Source: an uncultured Candidatus Saccharibacteria bacterium (GTDB taxonomy: Bacteria; Patescibacteriota; Minisyncoccia; Phycocordibacterales; UBA1006). Taken from it: 64,000 nucleotides of DNA. The stretch covers positions 81,499 to 145,498 of the forward strand of contig CAZDPR010000001.1 in the NCBI GenBank assembly GCA_964507625.1, read 5' to 3'. Numbering within the stretch: the first letter of the stretch is position 1; the number at the start of each line of letters is the position of its first letter. The position numbers and the translations under genes were made by a program. This document shows, piece by piece, positions 54,538 to 64,000 of the stretch. The notes beneath the pieces are model-generated. The model worked only from the letters and a program-made list of their open reading frames with translations. It was not told the origin of the DNA and ran no database searches.

Positions 54538-56109
54538 ATGCTTTTTATGTATAGTATGGATATGAATAAAAAACCGTTTTATCTCACCACAACACTACCC
54601 TACGTGAATGCACCGTTGCATATGGGGCATGCGTTAGAATTTGTACGTGCTGATATATTGGCTCGCTACAAAAAACTCATGGGGTATGAGGTATTTTTTA
54701 ATACTGGAACTGATGAACATGGGGTAAAAATTTATAACAAAGCACTTGAACAGGGTACAACTGCTCAAGCATTTGTTGATCAAGGATTTGCAATATTCCA
54801 AGAACAAATCAAACAATTCGGTATTGTTGATGATATTCATTTTATTCGTACCACTGATCCACATCACATTGCATTTGCACAAGCGTTCTGGAACAAGGTT
54901 GCTGAAAACGGATATATCTATAAGAAAAATTATCAAGCAAAATATTGTGTAGGATGTGAATCAGAAAAAACAGATTCTGATTTGGTAAATGGGGAATGTC
55001 CGAACCATCCAGGAATTCCACTGGAATTCATTGATGAAGAAAATTATTTTTTCAAATATTCTGCATTTACCGAAAAATTACTTGCACTCTATGAATCACG
55101 GCCAGATTTTGTGGTGCCAGATTTCCGATTGAATGAAGTTCGAGAATTTGTAAAACAAGGATTACAAGATTTTTCTATTTCACGAAAGGTGGAAAAAATG
55201 CCGTGGGGAATTCCCGTGCCAGGCGATGACGGTCAGGTAATGTATGTATGGTTTGATGCGCTTACTAATTACATTTCTACATTAATGAATCAAGCTGATA
55301 CTGAGTCAGTTTTCTCGTCTTCAATAATTCCCTCACAAGGTTCGGCTTCATCTGTTCACGCAGATTCGATTTTATCCTCGCAAACTGACTCAGTATCAGA
55401 TATGCATCAAAACCTATTTGAAAAGTTCTGGGTGAACGGAATGCCAACTCAATATTGTGGGAAAGATAATAACCGATTTCAGTCTGCAATGTGGCAAGCA
55501 ATGCTCATAGCAGCGGGATTACCGAATTCTCATCAGATTATCATCAATGGATTTATCACGGGTGATGGTGGAATCCGCATGTCTAAAACCCTTGGGAATG
55601 TGATTGATCCACGAGATGTAGTGAATGAATATGGAACTGACGCACTGCGTATGTTTTTAGCAAAAGAAATCAGTCCGTGGGATGATTCGCCGTTTACGAT
55701 GGAACGGTTTGCGGCAGCGTATAATGCAAACCTGGTAAACGGATTAGGGAATCTAGTTTCGCGAACGCTCACCATGGCAGAAAATTACGGCGTTGATGTT
55801 TCTGATGTCGTATTCCCAGTATTTGCTAACATTGCACATCCAGCATATGAACGATTTGATTATGCCGAGGTTACCGCAGATCTATGGCGAGAAATTGCAG
55901 ATTTAGATAAATATATTACTGATACGGAACCGTTTAAAATGTTTAAAGTAAATCCAGATCAGGCAAAATCAGACGTACATCATGTGGTCACAGGATTAGC
56001 ACGGATTTCGGTACTACTCCAGCCGATCATGCCAGGTACTGCAGAAAAAATGATGGAATTAATCAAGGCAGGTAAAAAACCAAGTGAGCCGTTGTTTGGA
56101 CGGAAATAA
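54538..56109 (+). CDS. metG: Methionyl-tRNA synthetase (short form) with a Ser-rich ~35-aa insertion
   Basis: HMGH (HIGH) and RMSKT (KMSKS) class I motifs. Confidence 0.85.
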   Translation: MLFMYSMDMNKKPFYLTTTLPYVNAPLHMGHALEFVRADILARYKKLMGYEVFFNTGTDEHGVKIYNKALEQGTTAQAFVDQGFAIFQEQIKQFGIVDDIHFIRTTDPHHIAFAQAFWNKVAENGYIYKKNYQAKYCVGCESEKTDSDLVNGECPNHPGIPLEFIDEENYFFKYSAFTEKLLALYESRPDFVVPDFRLNEVREFVKQGLQDFSISRKVEKMPWGIPVPGDDGQVMYVWFDALTNYISTLMNQADTESVFSSSIIPSQGSASSVHADSILSSQTDSVSDMHQNLFEKFWVNGMPTQYCGKDNNRFQSAMWQAMLIAAGLPNSHQIIINGFITGDGGIRMSKTLGNVIDPRDVVNEYGTDALRMFLAKEISPWDDSPFTMERFAAAYNANLVNGLGNLVSRTLTMAENYGVDVSDVVFPVFANIAHPAYERFDYAEVTADLWREIADLDKYITDTEPFKMFKVNPDQAKSDVHHVVTGLARISVLLQPIMPGTAEKMMELIKAGKKPSEPLFGRK

Positions 56110-56147
56110 AAGCGCGAAAGCGTTTTCTCTGTTATAATAATAGCTAT

Positions 56148-56705
56148 ATGGAAAATTCATTATTCAAGAAGAAAAATATACAAGAAGCAAAACAAGAAAT
56201 TCCAAAAATAAAAGAGGGGGTTGATTTTGTATTTGAGCAGAATCCTGAAATTTTATCTATTGGAACAAAAGAAGAATATTCTGAATATTTAGATACTATT
56301 TTTCCAAAGAGTTTATTAAAAGGAATAGCTTTTCATGGTACAGATGGAAATTTTGAAAATTTTAATAATAACTTTCTTGGGAAAAAAGATTCTGGTTACT
56401 ACGGTAAAGGTTTTTATTTTTGGATAGGAAAAAGTGCTCTTGAAGGGGCTCAACAGATTGTTTTCTCTTACACTAATAGGCAGCCTGTTCATAAAGATAT
56501 AAAAGCCGCTTTGCTTAATATACAAAATCCGCGACCTACTCAACAATTTGACTTTTCTTATACAGGTAAAAATTTTGATGATTATGATGGTGCAATAATA
56601 AAGAATCAAGTTGTTGTAAAATCATCAGAACAAATTCATGTTCTTGGTGCTCAATCAGATATTGAAAATTTCAAAAAATTTGTTGAAAATAAAAACACTG
56701 CATAA
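56148..56705 (+). CDS. Hypothetical protein
   Basis: ORF track. Confidence 0.35.
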   Translation: MENSLFKKKNIQEAKQEIPKIKEGVDFVFEQNPEILSIGTKEEYSEYLDTIFPKSLLKGIAFHGTDGNFENFNNNFLGKKDSGYYGKGFYFWIGKSALEGAQQIVFSYTNRQPVHKDIKAALLNIQNPRPTQQFDFSYTGKNFDDYDGAIIKNQVVVKSSEQIHVLGAQSDIENFKKFVENKNTA

Positions 56706-56733
56706 GTGTTTTTATTTTGGTATACTCTATGAT

Positions 56734-57141
56734 ATGCTCCAAAAACTCTTCCAAATCCCCAAACTTGCAAAATACGCAACCGCTTCAAAAAAGTGGTTAG
56801 ATTTGCTGGAATTCGATATTCGCAACATTTCTCTTGATAATGATCAGGTTACTTGCACCATTTCATTCCCAGAAAAACTGACGGGGAATGATGAAATTAT
56901 TCATGGAGGAATTACTTGTTTTATTATTGATTCGGTAGCAGGAATTCATGCGCAGATGTTTTTTGATAAAAATGGAATTGCACTTACCAAAAATCTTTCA
57001 GTTGATTTTTTACAACCTATCATTCCAAACGATGTGTATACGGTGACTTCTCGGACAGAAAATGAAAAGGTGGTGGTACTTTTCCAAAAGGATGAATCAG
57101 TATATGCACGGGGAACTGTAGAGATGGTGGTAAAAAATTGA
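56734..57141 (+). CDS. PaaI/hotdog-fold thioesterase (start at MLQKLF)
   Basis: HGGITCFIIDSVAG motif. Confidence 0.6.
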   Translation: MLQKLFQIPKLAKYATASKKWLDLLEFDIRNISLDNDQVTCTISFPEKLTGNDEIIHGGITCFIIDSVAGIHAQMFFDKNGIALTKNLSVDFLQPIIPNDVYTVTSRTENEKVVVLFQKDESVYARGTVEMVVKN

Positions 57142-57345
57142 TGAGTGTGATATACAATTTTAAGGCGAGATTGATCTTAGATCTAAAAAATCAAGACTGG
57201 GAAAATGCCGCGGGAGAAACACCTCCCGTCTCGGTTCACGAGACGGCCCTCTTGTTACCGTAGATATACCTATTACAAGGTTGGTAGCATCAGGGCTTTT
57301 TTTATGCTAAAATAAAGGTATTATTCGTTAATATAATAAAAATAT

Positions 57346-57735
57346 ATGATTACTCCTTATGTAAATAATATTGAAAATGAAACTCTGGAAAATGAATATT
57401 TCCGTAAAGAAGTATTCACGGGAGAACATCTCCAAATGACCGTAATGTCATTATTACCAGGTGAAGATATCGGTGCCGAAGTTCACCCTAACACTGATCA
57501 ATTTTTACGGATTGAACAAGGAACAGGGCGTGCCATTATTGGGGATCAAGAATATGATGTGCGTGACGATTTTGCAATTATTATTCCTGCTGGAATGCAT
57601 CATAATGTGATTAACACAGGAGATGTTGCAATGAAATTATATTCAATCTATACCCCCGTAGAACATCCAAAAGGAACCATTCACAAAGATAAAGCAGAAG
57701 CAATAGCAGCCGAAGCAGAACATCATCACAGTTAA
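57346..57735 (+). CDS. Cupin-domain protein
   Basis: Two-His cupin motifs (HPNTDQF...G, PAGMHHNV). Confidence 0.6.
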   Translation: MITPYVNNIENETLENEYFRKEVFTGEHLQMTVMSLLPGEDIGAEVHPNTDQFLRIEQGTGRAIIGDQEYDVRDDFAIIIPAGMHHNVINTGDVAMKLYSIYTPVEHPKGTIHKDKAEAIAAEAEHHHS

Positions 57736-57782
57736 TTATATAAAAAAGGTATCCAATGGATACCTTTTTATTACAATCGTAA

Positions 57783-58046
57783 TTAATTTGATTCTTCTAG
57801 GCTGTTTATTAATTTCTTACCTATTAAGGTAAGTTCGAAGTAAACAATTTGTGCCCCTTTCTTTATTTTAATAACATTTAAAATTAGGAGTCTTTTAATT
57901 TTTTCTCTCAAACCCTTTAATTCTGAGGGTTTACAAGATGTTCCTCCACCATCAAATTTGGACAGGAAAAGTACTTCTTCCATTTTTAATTTTAGGTCGA
58001 AAACCATACCAGGTTTTACTGTAAAAATAACATGTACTTTTTGCAT
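57783..58046 (-). CDS. Hypothetical small protein
   Basis: ORF track. Confidence 0.3.
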   Translation of the reverse strand: MQKVHVIFTVKPGMVFDLKLKMEEVLFLSKFDGGGTSCKPSELKGLREKIKRLLILNVIKIKKGAQIVYFELTLIGKKLINSLEESN

Positions 58047-58095
58047 GTGACTAATTTTTTACTATTATAATTTTTTTTATTACTATGTCAATAGC

Positions 58096-59502
58096 TTATA
58101 TTTTCTCTACAATCATCATATTCGTTGCACCCGTTTGCCGCATGGTACCACCACTCGCGATAATAACGATATCGTTTTTCTTGAGTTTGTGATATCCACT
58201 CGCTATTTTTTTGATTTCTTCTCGTGATTCTGCAATTTGTTCATGAGGTTCGTAGAGAGCTGGAGTAACACCACGGATAATGCTCAATTTTTGTGCCGTA
58301 GTGATATTGGGAGTAAGTGCCAATACTGGTTTGGTTCCGTGGAATTGTGAAATTGATTGGGCGGTTCGTCCTGTTTCTGTTAGGGCAATTATTAGCGATG
58401 CATCCAATCGTTCTGATGCTTCTTGGACACTGTGTGCAATGGCATGAGTAACAGGGAATTGGTTATCAGGAATAAATTGGAAATTACGTAATTCAGTGTC
58501 TTCTACTTGTTGTGCAATAGTCCCCATCATCAGCACGGTTTCAACTGGGTATTGTCCCAGCGATGTTTCTTCTGATGTCATTATTGCATCGGTCCCATCA
58601 AAAATTGCATTTGCAACATCAGAAACTTCTGCACGGGTTGGTTGCGGTGCATTAATCATTGATTCCATCATTTGCGTTGCTACGATAGTGTATTTACCTT
58701 TTGCAATTGATTTCCGGATGAGTTCTTTTTGATAGATTGGGGTTTTCTCTCGTGGAGTTTCTACTGACAGGTCACCACGTGCAATCATTATGCCGTGAAT
58801 CGTTTCGAGTATTGCATCAAAATGTTCGATCGCTTCTGCAGTTTCAATTTTTGCAATAATTTCTGGAAACTTGTTTTTCTTTTTCAAAATTTTATGGAGA
58901 TCGAGTACATCATTTGCAGTGCGTACAAATGATAACGCCACAAAATCAATTGGTTGTTCTAGTGCCCAGTCTAAATCTTTTTTATCTTTTGCAGTGAGTG
59001 AAGCAATAGACAAATTTCCGTTTGGAATATTTACCCCACGACGCGGTTTAATAATTCCTCCAATTTCAATCGTACAGTGAATTTCTTTTCCATCTACTTT
59101 GGTTACTACTAATTTCCGGCGCCCATCGTCGAGCATAATAATAGAACCTTTATGGACTTCTTCGGGTAGTTTTGGATAGGAAATAGAAATTCTTTTTTCA
59201 TCTCCGATAATAGTTTCTGTGGTCAGGATAATTTTTTTACCAGGAACCAAATCTATCATAGGAGTAATATAATCTCCTGTTCTAATTTTGGGTCCTGATA
59301 GATCAATTAAAATTCCGCAATGAATACCAAGTTCTGCTGATGCGGTGCGGAGATTGGTAATTCGCTCCTCGTGTTCGTTATAATTTCCATGACTCATATT
59401 AATACGGGCCACATTCATTCCTGCTTGGATCATTTTTTTAAGTATGGATATTTCTGTGGTTGCGGGTCCTAATGTACAGACGATTTTTGTTTTTTTCATA
59501 TT
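58096..59502 (-). CDS. pyk: Pyruvate kinase (start at MNMKKTKIVCT)
   Basis: N-terminal KIVCTLGPA motif and full-length colinearity. Confidence 0.85.
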   Translation of the reverse strand, partial: NMKKTKIVCTLGPATTEISILKKMIQAGMNVARINMSHGNYNEHEERITNLRTASAELGIHCGILIDLSGPKIRTGDYITPMIDLVPGKKIILTTETIIGDEKRISISYPKLPEEVHKGSIIMLDDGRRKLVVTKVDGKEIHCTIEIGGIIKPRRGVNIPNGNLSIASLTAKDKKDLDWALEQPIDFVALSFVRTANDVLDLHKILKKKNKFPEIIAKIETAEAIEHFDAILETIHGIMIARGDLSVETPREKTPIYQKELIRKSIAKGKYTIVATQMMESMINAPQPTRAEVSDVANAIFDGTDAIMTSEETSLGQYPVETVLMMGTIAQQVEDTELRNFQFIPDNQFPVTHAIAHSVQEASERLDASLIIALTETGRTAQSISQFHGTKPVLALTPNITTAQKLSIIRGVTPALYEPHEQIAESREEIKKIASGYHKLKKNDIVIIASGGTMRQTGATNMMIVEKI

Positions 59503-59577
59503 CATTACTATAGCACGGGTTATAAAAAAAGGAGAATAGGTCTGTTCAAAACGGTAAATCTGTGCTATATAGTCATT

Positions 59578-60483
59578 ATGAACACAGGAGTTAAAACAAC
59601 AACCGAACATAAAAACGCGCTCCAAAAAATTATTTTATTTTATAAATTTATTCCGGTTCCTGACCCAGAAACAATTATGTTCTGGCAACGGAATTTGGCA
59701 GAAAACTTAAACTTGAAAGGGCGAATTTTAATCAGTGAACATGGAATCAATGGGACATTGGGTGGTGGAATCGAGGATTTAAAGGCATATATCAAGGAAA
59801 TGAATAAACATTCACTGATGAAAAAAATCACTTATAAATGGAGTGATGGGGGGCGAGATAATTTTCCCAAGTTACGTGTAAAAGTAAAATCAGAAATTGT
59901 TGTATTCGGTGCACCTGATGAAATTACCGTGGATGAAAACGGGGTAACCAACGGAGGGATTCATTTAAAACCAGAACAAGTAAATGAATTGGTTGCGCAA
60001 TATGGAGACGAGGTAATTTTTTATGATGGACGGAATCAGTATGAGGCAAAAATTGGAAAATTTAAAAACGCGATTGTACCACCGATTAAAACCTCAAAAG
60101 AATTTATTAAAGATATCGAGGAAGGGGAAATTAGTAACTATAAAGACAGGCCAATTGTAACGTACTGCACTGGCGGAATCCGTTGTGAAATTTTATCAGC
60201 AATGATGAAAAATCGAGGATACAAAAATGTGTATCAAGTAGACGGGGGAATTGCAAAGTATGGTGAAAAATTTGGAAGTAAAGGATTATGGGAAGGGGAA
60301 ATGTTTGTGTTTGATGGGCGTATGAAAATGTCATTTGATGAAGATACGCAACAAATTGGAACCTGTGAAATATGTGGAAATAAAACAGGGAATGTAATCA
60401 ATAGTGGTGACATTCGTAGACATTTACATGTGATTTGTGAAAATTGTGTAGAACAAGGAAAACATATTGGGGTGATTCAATAA
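59578..60483 (+). CDS. trhO: Rhodanese-domain tRNA U34 hydroxylase TrhO (UPF0176/YceA)
   Basis: EGINGT motif, rhodanese active-site CTGGIRCE, C-terminal Cys cluster. Confidence 0.7.
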   Translation: MNTGVKTTTEHKNALQKIILFYKFIPVPDPETIMFWQRNLAENLNLKGRILISEHGINGTLGGGIEDLKAYIKEMNKHSLMKKITYKWSDGGRDNFPKLRVKVKSEIVVFGAPDEITVDENGVTNGGIHLKPEQVNELVAQYGDEVIFYDGRNQYEAKIGKFKNAIVPPIKTSKEFIKDIEEGEISNYKDRPIVTYCTGGIRCEILSAMMKNRGYKNVYQVDGGIAKYGEKFGSKGLWEGEMFVFDGRMKMSFDEDTQQIGTCEICGNKTGNVINSGDIRRHLHVICENCVEQGKHIGVIQ

Positions 60484-60508
60484 AACCGCGTACGCGGTTT
60501 TTTTATTG
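60482..60508 (+). terminator. Intrinsic terminator AAAACCGCGTACGCGGTTTTTTTATT
   Basis: Hairpin plus T-run. Confidence 0.6.
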
Positions 60509-60588
60509 AATCACTAGTATTCACGCTGATTGACCTTTTTAAGGGGTGGACGTATAATTACCATATTAATACTAAATAAATATGTTAT

Positions 60589-61131
60589 ATGGAAAATTTT
60601 AATACAAAAAAATATCGTGATAATTTAGCAGAAGACTTAAGAAATGTTCGTAAAAATGACCCTGAAAAAGCTCAGCAAATATTAAATGAGGAGCAGCAAA
60701 CTATTCGCTACAAAGAAGCAGATTTGGCTCACGATAAAGAAAATAGAAAGCCGTTGCAGGATGAGTATAAGGTAAAACAAGAACTAGAAAAAAACTTGGA
60801 AATTTTTAATGAATGGGAAAAAGAATTTGATTCATTTTTACAACAAATAAATTCTTTACCTGAAGATCAAAAAGAAGAATTCATTACAATTAAAAAAAAT
60901 ACACTTACTCATCAACTTCAAGTAGTTAAATTGATCCCATGGGAGCTATATCTAGAACTATCTAGAACTAGTAAAGAACTACGTCGTACCGCAGAAGATC
61001 TACCTCAAGGATATAGAGAAAAAGCATTAGATTTAATAAGTAAGTATTCAACTGAGCTTGATGAGTCAGGTATTTCTAAAGGCGGTTCTGTTATAAACTT
61101 AGAAACCTTTAATAAGTTAAAAAAAAACTAG
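60589..61131 (+). CDS. Hypothetical coiled-coil protein
   Basis: ORF track. E/K-rich. Confidence 0.35.
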   Translation: MENFNTKKYRDNLAEDLRNVRKNDPEKAQQILNEEQQTIRYKEADLAHDKENRKPLQDEYKVKQELEKNLEIFNEWEKEFDSFLQQINSLPEDQKEEFITIKKNTLTHQLQVVKLIPWELYLELSRTSKELRRTAEDLPQGYREKALDLISKYSTELDESGISKGGSVINLETFNKLKKN

Positions 61132-61183
61132 AGACTCTCTCGACGAAGAAAAACGTAATGAGAAAACAGAAAGTATAAAACCT

Positions 61184-62008
61184 GTGGATGGGTCTTTGAA
61201 TCAAAACTTTGAAAGTCAAGAATCTAAAGAAGAAAAATCAAAATTAGAAAAATGGAAAATACTTTTTCAACGATTAGTATTAGAAATAGATCGAATTTCT
61301 GATCCTAAAGAAAATAATAAAGTTAAAAATCCAATAAAATTTTTAGAAGAAATAATTGAAATTTTCATTATTCTTAAAACAAATGTTAAAAAACTACCGG
61401 CAAAAGATCAAGAAGAAGCATTAAAATTTATTGAATCATATGAAAAAAAGATAATAAAAATTCATAACGATGATCTTCCTAGGTTGCGTAGAGAAAAAAA
61501 AGAAGGTCTTCTTCTTGAAGAATCAAAAGAAAAAGTTAATAAAACTTTAAAGATGCTCACCGAGAATATTTACTTAGAATCTAAAAATTTACTTAATGCT
61601 TTAGATGAAAGATTAGAAAATCCTTTTATTACTCAGGTTCAAGATCGTGACTCTTTTTATGAAATGGTTTCTATTTTGAAAAAATTTGAACAATTAAAAG
61701 TAAGTATAGACAATGAAAATAGTGTATTAGAACTTTTAGATATTATTAAAAAAATAACAAATCTGTATAATGAGTTTAAAGCTAAGAATTGGGATGATTC
61801 AGATGTAGTAGAAGATTATAATGCAATTGAAATTTTCAAACAGTTATCATTCTTTAATAACTTTGTCTACGAAATTGGAACCAAACTTCGAATGGAAAAG
61901 AAAAATTACAATAAATTTACAGAAAAGCTTGAATTATTAGAGTTAGCTCTTAAAAAATTTAATGATGCAATAAATCATGCTCAGTATGAAATAAAAAAAA
62001 ATTACTAA
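61184..62008 (+). CDS. Hypothetical coiled-coil protein
   Basis: ORF track. E/K-rich. Confidence 0.35.
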   Translation: MDGSLNQNFESQESKEEKSKLEKWKILFQRLVLEIDRISDPKENNKVKNPIKFLEEIIEIFIILKTNVKKLPAKDQEEALKFIESYEKKIIKIHNDDLPRLRREKKEGLLLEESKEKVNKTLKMLTENIYLESKNLLNALDERLENPFITQVQDRDSFYEMVSILKKFEQLKVSIDNENSVLELLDIIKKITNLYNEFKAKNWDDSDVVEDYNAIEIFKQLSFFNNFVYEIGTKLRMEKKNYNKFTEKLELLELALKKFNDAINHAQYEIKKNY

Positions 62009-62057
62009 TAAAAAAATAACTTATATACAAGTTTCTTTTTTATGCTAGAGTGTATTC

Positions 62058-62867
62058 ATGAGACTCGATTATATTGATATTCATTCGCACTTGAACTTGT
62101 CTCCATTGTATGAACAAAGACAAGAAGTTCTATTGAGGATGAAGGAAAAAAACATTGGAACGATTACCGTTGGGATTGACTTAGAAACATCTCAAAAGTC
62201 AATTACTATTGCACAGGAAAATCCAGAACATTGTTGGGCTATTGTTGGGATTCATCCATTGAGTATTGATAGTGTTGAGCTTGATCAAGAGTTACAGGAT
62301 ATTGAAGCTTTGATAACTCATGAAAAGGTAGTTGCGATCGGGGAAACTGGTTTGGATTATTTCCGTGATCAATCACCAGAAACAAAAGCACGGCAGGGAG
62401 AAGTTTTTAAAAAACATATTGCATTTGCTCTACAATATCAAAAACCACTCATGCTCCATGTACGTGCCAGTCGGGGAACTGATGATGCATACTATGACGC
62501 ACTCCAAATATTGCAAGAAATGAATTATCAAGGGAAGGCAGATTTTCATTTTTTCAGTGGTTCAATGAAATGTATGCAGGATATTGTGAGTGCTGGGTAT
62601 ATGATTTCTGTTGATGGTCCAATTACATTTGTTTCTGAATACGATGACATGATTCGTGCATGTCCGATCGAAAAGCTCATGATTGAAACCGATGCGCCCT
62701 ATGCAGCGCCTGCGCCATATCGAGGATCTGTCAACCAGCGGACGTGTGAACCGTGGATGGTAGAAGAGGTTGCCAAGAAAATTGCCGAATTAAAAGGGTT
62801 GGATCTAGAAACTGTACGGGAACAAATGATGAAAAACACACAAGACTTTTTCGGATTAAATACCTAG
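62058..62867 (+). CDS. tatD: TatD-family metal-dependent DNase
   Basis: N-terminal IDIHSHL motif and TIM-barrel hydrolase layout. Confidence 0.8.
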   Translation: MRLDYIDIHSHLNLSPLYEQRQEVLLRMKEKNIGTITVGIDLETSQKSITIAQENPEHCWAIVGIHPLSIDSVELDQELQDIEALITHEKVVAIGETGLDYFRDQSPETKARQGEVFKKHIAFALQYQKPLMLHVRASRGTDDAYYDALQILQEMNYQGKADFHFFSGSMKCMQDIVSAGYMISVDGPITFVSEYDDMIRACPIEKLMIETDAPYAAPAPYRGSVNQRTCEPWMVEEVAKKIAELKGLDLETVREQMMKNTQDFFGLNT

Positions 62868-63073
62868 ACAATTTCCGTAAAATATGCTAGTTTGAAAGCA
62901 CTTTGGATTACATTCAAAGTGCTTTTTATTATTAATCGATAATCGTTAATTAGTGAGCAATAATAGAAATATTCTATTAAGCACTGATTATTGTTTATCA
63001 TCTTATGTTATATAATCGAATACGTGTAATTAATTGTTATTGATTATATGTTATTGATTATTATTTAATTATT

Positions 63074-63637
63074 ATGGCACGAAAAAAGGCAGTTACTACT
63101 CCTTCTTCTGAAGCACTGGAGCCACGAGTATATGAACTTGGCTTCCTATTGTCACCAGCTGTTCGCGAAGAAGATCTTGATGCGCGAGTTGCAGAACTCA
63201 AAGACATTATTACTGAAAAATCAGGAACAATTATTGCAGAAGGGCGACCTGAATTCATTGATATTGCATATGAAATGATTAAGGTTATTGAAAACAAAAA
63301 TATTCGATTCCGACAAGGATATTTCGGATGGTTAAAATTCAACCTTACCCCAGATGTATTAAAATCAATTACTGAATTGTTTGAAAAAAAACAATTTATC
63401 ATTCGATTTTTGATTACAAAAACAGTTTCAGAAAATACGGTGATCAGTAAAAAACCACTATCAAAAATTTTAAAAGCAACTGAACGAGAAGAAATTCTTG
63501 ATGAAGAAATTCTTGATGATATTGAAGATGATATTGATTTGGGAATTGCAGCAAACGAACTTCCTACGCCGATTAATGAATCTGCAGAAGAAGATATGGT
63601 CGATTCTTTAGAAATTGAATCAGAATCAGCTGAATAG
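63074..63637 (+). CDS. rpsF: 30S ribosomal protein S6 with an acidic C-terminal tail
   Basis: YELGFLLSP N-terminal signature. Followed by ssb as in the rpsF-ssb-rpsR operon. Confidence 0.7.
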   Translation: MARKKAVTTPSSEALEPRVYELGFLLSPAVREEDLDARVAELKDIITEKSGTIIAEGRPEFIDIAYEMIKVIENKNIRFRQGYFGWLKFNLTPDVLKSITELFEKKQFIIRFLITKTVSENTVISKKPLSKILKATEREEILDEEILDDIEDDIDLGIAANELPTPINESAEEDMVDSLEIESESAE

Positions 63638-63703
63638 TTCTTGCAAAGATAATCGCTTTCTTATACAATAGTATTGTTCTTATTAGTTAATGTAAGAGAA
63701 TTT

Positions 63704-64000
63704 ATGTATATCAACAAAGCAATTATTGCAGGAAATGTTACTCGAGATCCTGAATTGCGTGCGCTTCCATCAGGGGTGAAAGTTACTACTTTTTCAGTAG
63801 CAACTAACCGATTTTGGAAAGACGCAGCAACTGGTGAACGAAAAGAAATGGCAGAATATCATAATATTGTCGTGTTTGGACGCCAAGCGGAAAACTGCGC
63901 ACAATATGTTAAAAAGGGAAGTCAGATTTGTATCGAAGGACGCATTCAGACGCGTTCTTGGGAACAAGATGGACAAAAAAAATATAGAACCGAAATTATT
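63704..64000 (+). CDS. ssb: Single-stranded DNA-binding protein. The 3' end runs off the window
   Basis: OB-fold N-terminal signature NKAIIAGNVTRDPELR...RFW...HNIVVFG. Confidence 0.8.
   Translation, partial: MYINKAIIAGNVTRDPELRALPSGVKVTTFSVATNRFWKDAATGERKEMAEYHNIVVFGRQAENCAQYVKKGSQICIEGRIQTRSWEQDGQKKYRTEII

Noticed and set aside
1-64000. Alternative genetic code (UGA recoded, as in some candidate phyla)
   Set aside because: Long uninterrupted ORFs with full-length homology (rny, metG, pgk, recJ, 963-aa ATPase) under the standard code. No pattern of in-frame TGA truncations.

Overview
This is a 64 kb AT-rich window of roughly 33-35% GC from a bacterium that appears not to use Shine-Dalgarno sequences. 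It contains about 70 mostly short genes, and intrinsic terminators separate most gene clusters. The lineage is uncertain. The rpsF-ssb order, the ComEC plus FtsK/TraD-like ATPase pair, and many K/E-rich coiled-coil proteins fit a small-genome uncultured lineage such as CPR/Patescibacteria. One secreted protein, however, ends in a T9SS-like C-terminal sorting domain.

The window has three parts.

1. Positions ~200-6600 are an accessory cassette array transcribed on the + strand from an extended -10 promoter (TTGACA-17-TGnTAAC[C/A]T).
- It opens with a ~400-nt GC-rich structured region that I could not assign to a known RNA family.
- Behind that lie short hypothetical ORFs and three ORF-less cassettes, separated by eight copies of a conserved intergenic module.
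- Each module has a terminator-like hairpin, a conserved AUCUCGAA/UUCGAGGU hairpin with compensatory changes and position-conserved U-G wobbles, the motif GTTCTTTGAAAAAG, and a long perfect hairpin just 5' of the next start codon.
- Two modules replace the conserved hairpin with an intact type III hammerhead ribozyme (CUGAUGAG-UCC-AAAA-GGA-CGAAAC, with stems I and III and a GUC cleavage triplet).
- Three cassettes carry an identical CCGGACCGG...GGCAACAG element directly after their stop codons.
- A TrmB-family regulator lies antisense inside the array.

2. Positions 6596-11500 hold a second copy of the same promoter, then a ~100-nt leader that ends in an intrinsic terminator. Behind it sits a three-gene candidate system.
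- The first gene is a 799-aa protein with an N-terminal HExxH zincin (HEAGH), an acidic coiled-coil linker with an in-frame (GAGAATACA)n 9-bp microsatellite, and a C-terminal vWA domain with a DLSGS MIDAS motif.
- The second is a small ORF of unknown function.
- The third is a 621-aa MoxR-family AAA+ ATPase (Walker A GGTSIGKTT, Walker B/box VII FLDEINVSQPKVLSLLHDVMD, sensor-1 AAANP) with a ~370-aa C-terminal extension of unknown fold.
- This is a MoxR-vWA-metallopeptidase module of the kind found in NTP-dependent conflict or remodelling systems. I regard it and the ribozyme cassette array as the two strongest candidates for an undescribed system.

3. Positions 11.7-64 kb are mostly housekeeping genes: rny, clpP-tig, ppa, nusA, tpiA-pgk, a HIT protein, recJ, rnhA, comEC plus a TraD/FtsK-like ATPase, ndk, a beta-CASP RNase, rplT-rpmI-infC, truB, tRNA-Asn, metG, pyk, trhO, tatD and rpsF-ssb. 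Several non-housekeeping oddities also sit in this region.
- A tandem family of secreted paralogs has 80-bp identical 5' ends.
- A GIY-YIG nuclease gene is wedged between tRNA-Asn and a partial 5' copy of that tRNA.
- One membrane protein fuses a cytochrome-b5-like domain to a beta-propeller.
- MetRS carries a Ser-rich insertion.
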